From NCBI RefSeq assembly GCF_040938485.1, contig NW_027270908.1, forward strand, positions 2,790,001-2,854,000: 64,000 bases of DNA, written 5' to 3'. How positions within the stretch are numbered: position 1 is the first letter of the stretch; the number at the start of each line of letters is the position of its first letter. Shown here in pieces: positions 13,401 through 27,038 of this stretch. The DNA is from Diadema antillarum. Taxonomy: Eukaryota. The notes below the pieces were generated by a model. The model was not told where the DNA came from and did not search any database. It was given only the letters and a program-made list of their open reading frames with translations. The translations under genes and the position numbers were made by a program.

Positions 13401-16400
13401 GGCAGGACTTGAGTTGAAAATGAAGTAGAAAATAAAAAACACCCTTGTGAGATAGACAGGATAGGCATAGAGAGCCTACATGACTTTCTGCACTTTCATT
13501 AAGATTCAAAATTCCACCTGCCTTCTTCAAAACTTTTTAACGTATCAGGGTCAGAGTCCTTCACTTTGCACCTCACTTGTACTCTGCCTCCTTTCACCCG
13601 AAATGAACCATTAGGTCTAACTTGGTATTATCGTCTGTCACAGGGCGGATGTATTCTATCGTCAAGAGTCTATATCCCCAGAAGAGAGTAGGAACAAGAA
13701 GGAATCCCGATACCATGGTAACGAAACAAAAAAGGTTACCGCTCTCTTAGCGTCGGCTTTTGAATGCATTTGACCCACTTTTTTGAGCCGTGTTCTTATT
13801 GCTCCGTCGTCATTCACGAATGGGAAATAATGAATGGGGTGTGCGAACAACGGCTGGAGGTAAACAGTCGAGCCGACAAGGTACATTGTGTCTGATTCGA
13901 TGGGGAGTATCACGACCTTCCCTCCCCAAATGGACTCCCGATCCTGAAAGCATCTTTGTTCGATATCGAAAGTGGGTAAATCACCTAGGAAGGTCTGTGA
14001 TGGAGCGTGATATGTCAGAGGGGGTAAGGGGGTGAGTAAGGAAGGGGCGGGGTATAGGGTTATACTTTTCTCGGATGAAATTAATGAAACAAAACATCGC
14101 ACAAAACATCAGGGAATTGTTTCTGTCTTGCATTTAGTAGGCCTATAACAAAGGAAACAGCATGAATCCAAGTAACCTATTTCACCCTGTACTCGGCGTT
14201 AAATGGCGTTTACGAACTCCCGAATTTTAGATGGACCCGTCCCCTTAAAATTAATTTTCAAACCCAACAGATAAAACAAGTATGCGTTCTAGTTCATAAA
14301 CTAAACACATCAAACCATGGATCGTTTCATGGAACAAAGTCTAGAGAAATAAGAACTAGACTTGAACTTCAGGAATATTTCTCATAATGACTGAAAAGAG
14401 ACTAGATGGAATCATGAGAATGTAAATGTATATGAACTGACACTTGTGTGCGGTCTGGTGGGATGTATGGCTGTATGTACAAGTGTATGGTGCACATATG
14501 TGTGTTTGTTGTGTGCGTGAATGTGTATGACACTTTTGGCCGACGAAATATATGTTTTTAGAGAGGCTGGACTAAATAGTTGCGAGTTTTCACGTTCGAC
14601 CGAAATCTCGCACGCCTGCGGGGTTCCTATTCTGCACGTGGTAATAATAGACGACCCGGAATTCTCCAAACTATGCGGTTACATGTGAGCGATATCTGAA
14701 GAATGATAAACAGGAGGAAACTTACCAATACACTATTTCTTTTGAGAGAATCGGGTTTCCATTTTTTGACATATCGTAAATTCTGAGAGAGAGAGCGAGA
14801 AAATGATACCAGACAAGTAAGTTATATCTGACAAGGATAACGAAAGACACCTTCATCTTCAGAACTGCGTTAATGGAATTTTGTTATTTGCCAAGAAGTG
14901 TTATTTTCAAAACGCCGAGCTGTCCGCATAGCGGTGTGACAAGTTCAGCGTACGGTTTTGAAATATTTGAGAAGAGATGGAAGCGCGCAGGTGTTAATAG
15001 TGTGCTTTGGGTGGTTGTACAGGAGCGGGCGCGTAGGTCAGATCGGGCGGGCTCGACAGGCACCCCCGAAAGTGGCTTGGCCTCCTTTCTTTCAGTAACT
15101 CTCGCCTTTCAAATCCCTGTAGGCAGCCAAAAATCTAGAGTACTAGGTGTTCATCCACTCTGTAGATCACCCACAAACGCATACAACAAAATGAAACTCG
15201 ACATGTTTATAAATAGCTGAAGTCAAAAAAAAAAAATGTCTTGTATTTTAGATTGTCTCCTTTGAGTCGATGTTCGTACGTTGCATCTCATGTCTGTTGA
15301 TTCATAAAGTGACAGTCAATGAGAAATAGACGATATCCGATTCGAATCTATCCAGCTTGTAGGCCTGTGTGGTTTAAACTCGAGACAAAGCAATTTACGC
15401 TTATGAGGGAAGGTAAAGACAAACAAAACACACGACAGCTTAAAGGATTTTAGATGAAGTCAATTTCGAAACAGTTAACAACTGGGGCACTACAATGTGT
15501 ATGATAGAAAGAATGTATTATGCAAGCCCTGGGTATGATTAGTATAAAATACAGTTACCAGTAACTTGTATAATGCATTTTGTCAAACTCTACAGTTATA
15601 GAGCAAAAGTTATTTTACCTATTCCGTGTGTGCAGCATGACGACTTGAAACAAAACCAAAAACAACAACAAACGGACTGTCAGTCTGATTTGGAATGCCA
15701 ATCTCTATAATACAGTGTATCATGAAAGATTCTCCCATTATGCTATAAGAACGAAATATCCCTCACTCCATTATTCTTCGAAATAAATTACGATGTCTGT
15801 TTTGCTCTGTCATCATGGCAGTATTGTAAGACGTGAGTCACACAACACTCCTGTCTGAGTAGACTTCATCTTCACGTTGACGAGTTTTATCATTATGCGT
15901 CATACATAGATGAAGCAAAACAACTTTAGAGACGCTAGTTTCCACTTTTTTGACGAACTTAGTCATAAAAATGTTATTTTGGCTATGTTTTGCTTTGTTT
16001 TGGTGGCGTTTTCTTTTTTTTTTCTTGTTTCAATCTTTACGTTTTAAAGCAACATAGCAGTTATCATATACGAGATAAAACTAAAACATTGTCGATACTC
16101 GACAACGAAAGAGAAAAAACAACAAGAATGCTTGAATTGAGGCTAGAAGTCAGAGGGTAGTCGAAACTTGGAGGTGAATATCTTAATTGCTGGCTGGTAT
16201 GCCTCGCTTCCAAGTTAGCCATTCAACATGTTCTGATGGATGTTATTAGATTTCTGATGTTGCGTGTAATCCTAACCATGCCGTTTAACCTCCTTCGGAT
16301 CCCCGCCGAAATGGGGAGGCTCGAGTCGCCAGCCGAAACGTGTCATTTCTCGATTAACTTGGATGATAGCAGCGAACAAAGGGTGTATACCTTGAGGAGG

Positions 16401-19400
16401 ATGGGGTGTCAGGTAATGTGCCCCTTTTTGCGACATCACGAGGCTCCGTTTTGAAAAGTTCAATGTCTATTTTCTCATCTAGAGATATAGATAAACGTGT
16501 ATCCCTGCCATAGCGTGTAGGATAATGAAATCACCGTTGAGTAATGACTAAATCCGGAGGGGTGGGGGTGGTGAAAACCTGCTTAAAACTGTGGTTGATA
16601 GGAAGTTGCAAAACCTATAAGCTGTTGCCTTTTTCCCAAGTGAAGCCTTGACATTGTCAATAGAGGGATGCTGCCCCAACCAAGTTCCAATGCTGCACCC
16701 CTCCCCCTTCCTCCTACCTTTTTTTTTTCGTCAGGGGCATACTCTGTGGTTGCGTCATGTGGTTCCTCTTACAAGGCACTACCTTTGTCCGCCAAACATG
16801 CTGCTTTTGGGACTTGTACCAAGTCACACCATGGCGTAAACCACAGTTAATTCGACAGTTGCGCACCTATTGCAATATATTGCAAAGCAAGCCAGAGTTC
16901 ATGTGGCTTGATGACTACATTGATATCAAGAGCAGCCAAAATGACTTGCGAAATTGCCTAAAAAGTCGTTTTCGTACAATATCATAAGCTGATGAATGGG
17001 GGCATTATTCTGTCAGAGGAATAAAGAGGGGATTTGAAAGAGAGGGGCGAAGAAACGGGCGGAGGCGGAGGAGGGGTGGGGAGAAGACGGAAAGTGCGTG
17101 AAATGTAGCGGTAATGGTATTGTAATATGAGTAAAACTAATAGTTGTGTTGGAAGTAATGACACTACTTTCTAAAGAAAGTGGGTTTGGTATTGGTGTTT
17201 GGAGCATTTGTCGTAATTGTTAACGTATAGAAATGACACATGTACTCCATTGATGGGACAAAATGTTATGGTCGAAAAGAATGCAGTAGCATACAAGGAG
17301 AGAAGGGGAAACCTCAAAATGGGGAGATGGGGGGGGGACTTTTCATCCTTAATGGGCCACACTCCCAGCTGAAGAAGCACCACGTCATGCCCCTGTCTCA
17401 CATGGAGTTGAGCCTACGAGTGCCGATGCAGCCACAGGGGAAAGGGGGAGGGGAGGGGACAGGGGCAGAGAAGAAACGGAAAAATTAGGGAAAGAGAAAA
17501 CGTTGATTTTTTTTTCTTTGCCGTTAAGAGTTCTCAAATTTATTTTCTTTTCATCCAGTTTCGATACCCGGTATACCCAGACGCGGTAGTCGAATTTTTA
17601 GGGATTAGTTAGAGCTTTTTCTTCCCCCGTCGCGTGCGTCGTCATGTTAAAGATACTCTTCACCAAGATTTTGATCTCGGACGCGTGTTTTGCTGAATGG
17701 AAACAATAGGCCTAGTACTTCAACTTTGATCATTTACCAGCACGCTGCTATTTACGAAGTGAATAATACGAAGGAAGGCCTGTAACATCTTGTACATTAG
17801 AAAATGTGGAATCGCCAGCCATGAAAACAGCAAGATAAGTGAAAACAAGTGAACATAATACTATATGAAGACAAGTGTCACGTTTTTAACACGAATTAAG
17901 GAGTCAGTCTAAAAAAAATCATTACCCCTCAAAGCCACCACACTCACTGTAAATGAGATGGAGAGGGCAATGGATGACAAAACACGGTACACACTTAGCT
18001 CTTCCGTTACCATGACAACCAGGAGGAACACAGTGCTGATGATATTCCGAGGTGTTAGTTCTGAGGGGATTGCCATTGTTGCTGTAGTTTGCTCATGTGT
18101 TAATTATCTTCTCACGTGTATAGTCGGCATTTATTTTCAAAGGATCATTTATCATCTATAAACAGCCCCAAATAGGCCGTCATCATTATCGGATATAAAC
18201 ATTAAAGTAATTGGGCCACTAATACTGGTAAACGTGTAGTAATAGTCCTTTATCTTCTCGTTCCTGTAATTGTTCTTGGATTTCAGAAACCTTGCCAGAC
18301 TTCAGGACAGCAAGGACTGAATGTATAATTAAGCAGTCGACATGATATACCTATTCAAAACCACCACCCTTTCCATGTTATTCCATCACATTGCATTCTA
18401 CGGTGGCTTTTGTTAATGTCACATGCGTCAGACTTGTGTCAAACCTCCCTGCTCAAACTAACAAAATGTGATCAGTTGAGAGAAATGAAAACCGTCCTTG
18501 AAATATTGTTTATTACCATCTCCGAATAGTTAAAGTGTTTTACGGTCCTTTAGGGAAAAGGGGGAAAGAAGAAATATCAACATTTCTGAATCCCTGATGT
18601 CGTATTTTTGACCATGAAGAGAGCAGTTAACGTGTGACCTCACGGGGCGATCTTTGCTGCCAGAAGTACTCGATTTCTTTAAAGGACAAGTTCACCTTCA
18701 TATACACATGGATTGAGATAATGCAGCAATATAAAGTATAAGGACACATCAGTGAAAGTTTTAGGAAAATCTTACAATCCGTTCAAAAGTTATAGATTTT
18801 TAAAGTTTTTGTGCAGTCACTGCTGGGTGAGAAGACTACTGAAGTGTATGATGTCATATGCGAAGAATGATATAACGAAAATATAAAGAGAATTCCAAAA
18901 AAATCATTAAAAAAAGTAGGCCTACACATTCCCTCAACTTGTAACTGACGTATGTTGAGGGTAATTATTACTCCCCCTGCCTGCTGAAAGAGGCAAGTCA
19001 TGTGCTGTTTTATTATGCGAGAGAAAGTGAAAATATGCTGAATCTTGTTTGTATTTTCTTTAAAATCGTTCTACACGTATGACGTCAGAAACTGTAGTAG
19101 TCTTCACATCCAGAAATCGCGAAACTGAAGCTTCAAAAATTCATAACTTTTGAACGGATTGTTAAATTTTACTCGAACTTTCACAAAATTGTTTTACTAT
19201 TATTGCTGCATTCTCTCAATCCTTACGTTTATGAAGGTGAACTTGTCCTTAAAGCCACCCAACTGTCCCTCCCTGCACTATGGAGCAATAAAATGAGGCA
19301 CCTTTCGAGAAGCGTGTCTTACTTTCATCTTCTTTGCCAAGGACATTATGTTGGAAACACAACAGATTCGGGAGAGATCAGTCGACGTTAAAGTACATTG

Positions 19401-22400
19401 TGTTTGCAGGTTGTATAGGCATTGTTGCTAGTTGTATAAAGAACTTGAACATCATCATGTAGGCTTACATTATTAAAAGGAACCACAATGAAATCTTGAC
19501 GGTTACTTATTAATTTGTCTCCTTGCAGACCAGTTCATTGAACTTGTCTTCATTTATATGATTGATTCGGCAGGCCTAGTGTAATGATAGTGATATATCT
19601 TCCTACCTGGGGCTGAGACAAAATTACAGCATATCGAATCTTGCAAATAATGTATACAGTCTCAGACACGTACTGACTGATAGATCTTGTGATGTATTGT
19701 GCCAATGTTAATGGGGTTGCTCAACACCCATTTACCAGGTGTTTGTGTGTGGGGGGATGAGTGGGGACGTGGTTATGTTGAAGTTCACGGAACCCTCATG
19801 AGTCAAACTTCCAACACACACCCATACTCACACAAGTGGCAAAAGATGCAGACATGCCTGTTGAAGGCCGTCAGAGGAGGTATCATGTGTTCCGTAGAGC
19901 TCCATGGTAAAGGGTTAGTCACTGACAAGCCTTGTCAACATTAAAGGGATAGACGTGTGTGTGTGTGCGTGTGTTTGTTTGTTTGTTTGTGTGTGGATGC
20001 GTTTGTCAAATAGAACCTGTTTCAAAGACTATTCACCATTCCAATTAATAACATACATTAGTTTATCCTGAATTCATTGTGACACAAAACTTTCTTTTTT
20101 CCAGTTGACATTTATCATGATTAGGGTACCTACATAAATCGATCGATGTGTACAATCGATTATAGGAATTGAATGCTACAAATTGATTTACATATGAAAT
20201 GCCCATACTGTAGACAAGATAAACTACGAGGCTTAGGATGCAAGTCGACTGCGATAAAGTGTGAAAACACAAATTAAATAAGCCAAGTATTCACTCGAGC
20301 TTGATATTCTGATAAATAATTCGATTTTGAATAACATATGGGTTGTTCACATCTCCAATAGGGATTGTTGTGCTCCTCATTATATCAGGTAATAGAAATA
20401 CCAGCCCTTCATCCTGCTCGAACTGCTGGAAACGGCTGGCGACTCAAAACATGTGTAAATCTTATAAAGATTTTATACTCTTATACGTACCCATTTCAGC
20501 TTCAAAGTGACACTCCTATCTATCCTAGTCTTGTACCTGCAGTAGATCATGGGTTCGAATATCTCTGGACATTTTGTTTGTCCGTTTGTTTGAATTTTTA
20601 AATAGGATATCCAATGAATATAGCAGATGATATATTCTCAGCACGGGGGGGGGGGGTGACAAGCGCTCAAACAAGAAATTCACGAACAAGGGAATTGAGT
20701 GCCTAACGATTTGATTCATCACCTTAAGACGTGGAGCCAGGTAACACCGAATATATCTAATGCTGGCTGCCCCGATTCTTCTTTGTCTTGAATAGACTGG
20801 ATAACATTGATGTGTTATTGTGTGTATAAGGTTTGCGAAGAGGCTCCGTATATCTTTAGCCTCGTAAAAAACCAATTAACACAATTATAGAATCAAAGTA
20901 AATGTTGTTTGGCGGCGACATTTCGAGACAGATATAAAGCAAACATTTCCGCAACTACAAAGCACAGCACAGATTTTCACGCTTAGGGGCATGCAGTATA
21001 CAAACTGTATATAATTGATTCCCCTTCCCCTCTATTTCAATTTAAGAGCCTCGGCAGACATTCGCAGACGGAGTTGATTGTAACCGAATTTCAACTAGTT
21101 GTAACATATTCTTTGCGATCAATTACAAGTGCCACCTTGCAACAGGTCCCGTCTTTTGTTGACTCATCCTTCTCTCGATGGATATCGCAATTATTTCGAT
21201 TTCTATCGTCCTTCTTAGGTATGATTGTCCATTCATGTTTGGAAGTGGATACCGCGATGTGATTGATTCGAATTCGAGCCCCGTCTCCTCCTCTAAATGC
21301 GGACAGGCCCCTCAAGTCTTCTCGCTACACGGTTGCATTCACACTCACCCTATTGTCGCCTTTCTAAATCCACCTAGTAAATGTTTTGACCTCACATTCC
21401 AAATCTGTTTACCCACCAGTCGTCTTCAGCAATGGAGAGTTTTTCTGAAGGTAGCCACCATGGCGGAGATCCAACGCCATGACTTCAGCGAGACATGCTC
21501 GACTCAACTTCGACCCTACTCGAGAAAGTATGCCCCTGTTTTATTATGTAAAGTGAAAGCGCTTTGCAAACATGGAACGAGTAGAAATCAAAAAACTTCC
21601 ACCAAGAATGGCCCGCACTCTCTTTATGCTCAGGTGTTAAGCCATTCGATACCAAGGTCTTCTTTTTACGTGTGCAGACGACATAGGCGTGATCAGTTTG
21701 GTGTGAAAAGGTTTTTCCCTTGGGGGACCACACCTCCACTGTTTTAACATGCTGGGACATTGCAATGGGGAGATTATAGGGTATAGGGGTAAACTATAGA
21801 CGTTGGTTTGGGGCGCCTGTATTGACGCTGTCTTTTGTGAATTTGTTGTCAGTAGGCCTATACAGCGAGTGAATCCGATACGCAGCTCGGCTAAACAGAA
21901 AGAATCCAGAAACCTTACGTAGCTTGCTCAACACAGTCTAACATTCTGACAAGAAAATTTGTACGAGGCATATCAGAGAGAACTACAAATACAAATACAT
22001 GCAGATTTGTATGACATGACATGACATTACATACATGTAATGCGATGTTAAGAGAGAGAGGGGGGGGGGGGGGAGGTTAAACGGAAAACTGCAGAAGGGG
22101 GAGAGAAAGATAACAAGTAGGCCCTACCTGTTCCTAAACTTCAGTTATTAGTCATGCTACATAAGTTTTACAATAGATAGGCTTAAATGTTTGTTTTCAC
22201 AAATCATACTTTTAATTGGCCTTTATTGTGGAATGTTTGTAGGCCTATATGTTTATTGTTTATTGATTAACAGTATTGTATTCATCAACTGACCGTGTTT
22301 GATACTTCTCTTTCGCATCCTGCATTTTCAGTTAATGGAAGATGGTCGCCTCTGGCTGATATATTGGAAGTAATCTGTGTCGAATAATAACGTCATTCTC

Positions 22401-25400
22401 CGATATTGTAGATGTTAAACTAGGCACTTACGAGTTAAGATTCACAGGAAATGTTATTTCAGTGACAAGAACACTGTATTCAGATTACTCGTCTCACTGT
22501 CAGCGACATATACTGATATAGGAGCCTATTGACATGGTATGTAAGTATGTTGTCCTTGAGACTGGATGAGTTGGAAAGCGTTGTTCATCATCATCAGCAC
22601 ATTATGTGATCTAGGCCTATATCTTAAGAGTGTCGACATTACAGTATGCTGCATGAAAATAACGGCCTGGCACCCAAATCCCAAAGATGGTCATGCTGCA
22701 GAAGATTTCACGAGCGGAGAAGGCCAGCTTATGGATTTTTTGTTTGTTTAGACCACATGATGTAGTAGAGCACTGATTTTCCATTCATGAAACACCGTGT
22801 ACTTGTGAGCTAGTGGTTGAAAACAATTGCAGTTGAATTTAAGTCTAGTTAACTCCTGCTGAGGTAGCACATTGTGTAAAATTAAGAAAACTTTGGATCG
22901 TTTTATAGCGTTTGTTTTCCAGGGGAGGTAAGATGCTATTGTCAATCATGTAAAAAGTGAAATGTGATCGTGCTCTTGGGAAAAAAACAAAAACCCAATG
23001 ATTATAGTGGTAATAGATTCTGACAAACTCGTACAAGTACACTTTGCGCTGGGTATCTGCTTGCGTCTCCTACGAGACGGTGTCAACTTCTGTTCAGACC
23101 ATCGTAATGCGCAGAGGACTGCTAATGCAGCTGCGACAAAGGGTTTTGGCCTAAAAATGAAGAACGCAAAAAATAGGCACTGTAAGTCATAATGCCACTT
23201 CCCTTGACCTGTTCTTCGTGTTTAGACTGATGTCTTAGCCTTCATAACCTGGCTCTTCCACATCAATTTTGGATTAAAAACTCTGGAATAGTTCAACGAA
23301 ACCTATCCTCCTTCGCTGACACAAAACTATGCAATTTGTGTGTGTGTGTGTGTGTGTGTGTGGGGGGGGGGGGGGGTGCTGCAAAGGTGTTCCTACCACG
23401 TACCGGTACATCTTCCACTTACAATGCGATTCCCATAACACATTCGTTATTGAGTTGCACTTATTGTTATGACCACTTAAATATCATAATTAATTTTAGT
23501 ATCACTTCAAATACTGAATTTTGTAGTTGTTATTGCCGATGGTATTCATCACGTTCGGTAATGTTGTATCGGCGTTTGTCCAGTAGGGCCCAAGTCTTTT
23601 CCTTCCTATGATGATAAAGATGCGTTGGTCAAGTCCTTGGAATTCATCTCATATTATTCCCGGCGATGTGTGGTCATCGCCTGTCATTGTTCTGTTAAGT
23701 GGTCAAGCATTGAGTGTGACCAATTATTAGTCATTCGTCCAGACTGGCGGATTTCTCAGGATCAATTACACCGCAAGTACAAATATTTCGTATAGTAGGG
23801 ACATTTCGAACAACAAACCACAACTAAAGCTTCTTGAGTACAGGTATTCTTTGCATGTAGTTTTCTATCTTATTACTCTGCATCCTCTACCTTGTTTGGG
23901 GATTTCTCCTTCATCACTTACTGAATGTGACTAAGGAGCAAACATTCCAGAAATACATACGCTGACCTCTTGAACGAATATTTCTGACTTCTGATGCGGG
24001 CATTAATTTGAATGAAACCTTCTTAAAGGCTGGCGTAACCGACGAGGAATGCCCTGAAAACAATGAAATGGGGGTGCGAGTTTGTTTTGTGCGGGGATGA
24101 TTCACGTGCGACGGCATTCCATCCTTGGTCGCTGGGAATAACCACCATAAAAACTCTTGAAGAGGGGTAACCACCATAAAACTCTTGAAGAGGGGTGATC
24201 TCTCCCCCATTAAGGAGGCATTAAGTCGCCCATTAAAGTCTCGGAACAGAATGCGGACATGGCGGATACTGTACCTTCGTCCCATGTATAGACAAACGAT
24301 GAGACTGGGTACGAGTGACAGCGTACGCGAGCAGCGTTAAGCATTTGACCAGAATAATCTCCATTGAGAATGATTAACTCTGTAATACGATTAGCCGGCA
24401 CGGTCGCGCGAGCACGCACTTTTACAAGGTTGATGTCTCTCAAGCAAACATTAGAAGAAAAAAAAAACACTTAACGAAGACAACTAGGTTGAACAATTAG
24501 AACTGCTAAAGGTCGCCTAGCATGTATCATCCCATGTTAAGCTCTCCGCTGTGACTGTTTTTACGAATGTAGTGAATGAATGTATAGGACATTAGTCATT
24601 ATCGTTACGTTATTTGCCCCTGATCACGTCCACGCAACATGACTTTCAAATTAGTCACCAATTACATCTTAATCATCTCTCGCACTGTTTTGTTCAAGTG
24701 CAAATCATATCAGCCGCATTGTTAATTGACTGTGTGATTTCATGTTCGTTAAGGTGTTTTGCATTCAATTGCAAACCGTTTCAGGCTTAAAACGTAGGTC
24801 ACAGTAACACAAAGACTCAAAAGGACAAAACAAGTGAGATTTAGATTTCTGGCTCGTTGCGTAATATTGGTGATGAAAACTCCCTAATGTTAATAGCACC
24901 AGTAAAACATTCAGATAACAATATTACTCAATGCAGTCCATAATTTTTGTATTAACCATGGTGCGACAACGAAGTGTGCGTCTTCCCGCCAATACAGAAA
25001 CCAACACCATAGCTTTGTGACAGGGAACTTCTGAAATATAACATTGCCGTCAATGGCTATTCACGATCATGATGATTGTTATGATGTTATGATGATAATG
25101 ATGATGATAATGATGATACAATTGGATGATAAGGATGTCATGGAATTAAATTGCTAATAGTGATGATAGAAATCATCATTATCAACATCGTAGTCATCGT
25201 CATCATCATAGAACGAAAGAGGGCGCTGTTTTATTTACCCAGTGGGTCTATTACCATGGCACTCACAGAGGACCGGACCTGTCATTGTCACACTAATGAT
25301 CACACTCCGTCAGACTTCGCACATGAATTTGTTACCAATTATGTCTGTGCGGAGTTTGTGAATGTATGTTGGTTAATGTCTTAATTTGATTGTGTAACTA

Positions 25401-26995
25401 TTTTTCATTGGTTCTCTGGCTGTTATGTTTTTTTTTTTTTCCAGAGGACAATGTGGAGACGTGTTTAATCATATTGTAAGTCGGCAAATAATGAGGATAA
25501 TGTGGGAATTGAAACTGTAAATGAAATAAAATAAAATATTATTTTCCAAGGAGAGTATGATGAATCATCCAACAGTTTTATGTGACATGGTCTTCATTCT
25601 CCGAAACTAGAGTTAACTGAAAGAAATATCGTTTTCACTGTCATACCCTAAGCATCCACACTAATGTCTGAATGGTTGAATGTTATCCTAAGTGGATAAG
25701 CCACGAGATTGAACCGTTATCCAGAATCAGACATTTCGAATTAACTCGGTTCTCACGTTTCATCCATTTCCCCCCTCTCAGCCAAGCCCAAGCGACCTCC
25801 GTTCTTCCTACAAAAGCTCTCCGACTGCGAGGTGCACGAAGCTGGAGCCAACGGGCGACTGCAGTGCAAGCTGGACGGGGAACCCGCCCCGGAGGTGGCC
25901 TGGATGAAAGAAGGGAAAGCCCTTCAGGAAAGCCACCGCGTTCACTTCGTGCGCAACGCCAACGGCATCCACGCCCTCATCATTGATGACGTCACAGAGG
26001 ACGATGACGCCATCTACACCTGCGTGGCCAAGAATAAGCATGGTCAGGTCTCCAGCTCCGCAGAACTCATAGTCGGTAGGTTGAAACCTTAATGAATCTA
26101 GTATTGTTATCATCAGCGAAATCACGCACATTACACGCAAAAATTCAGAAACAGAGGGGGAGATAGAAGATGGATTATAGAGTGCTTCTGTTGGAATAGG
26201 TTTATCAGATTCACACGTACAGGCCTATAAAGTTTTAAGTTAGATTTCCGTTAGTTAGAATTAATCACAATCCAGGGCAAGATCGAGTGCCCTGACCGTC
26301 AAAAGAACACAAACCCTAACTCTAACCCTAAACCTAACACGTACAGGCCTATAAAGTTTTAAGCTAGATTCCCGTCAGGTAGAATTAATCACAATCAGGG
26401 CAAGATGGAGTGCCCTGACCGTCAAAAGAACACAAAGCAAGACAAAAATCAGTGTTGTTTTTTTTTTAACTACGTAGGTGGCTTTCAAGTCTCCTTTGTA
26501 TTGTATTGATTTTTTTTTGTTTCAGTAAGGAATGCCTCTTAAAGTATAATGCATCACTAATTGCATCACGGCAATCATTAAAGTAGTACACCTTTTCCAT
26601 CTATATTTCTTTTCATAAGTGATCAACCCCCGGATCTGTAGCTTTGTCAGGAGTATTCCGTCTTTGCTGCCGTTTTCGAGTATCTGTGTTAGTCACTGTA
26701 TTTGACCTGATTTTTTCTTCCTGAGATCATATTACAGTACGGCGGAAGGATATGATTTCTGCGTTACATAATTTAAGCTTGTCCTTGGTAAACAGATAAA
26801 GATACACTTCCTTTTCGATCATAATAATTATGAATAGCATACTTGACAGCACTTCTTTAAACTGATGGACTCGTTACAACGCCCACACTTTTGTAGGAGA
26901 CCTCAGCAATACATTAGGGGTAACTACAGCAGGTAAACAGATGTGGCAAGGTAAATGTGAAGATTAGTCTGTCTGTCTGTCTGTCTGTCTGTCTT

Positions 26996-27038
<43 letters not shown>

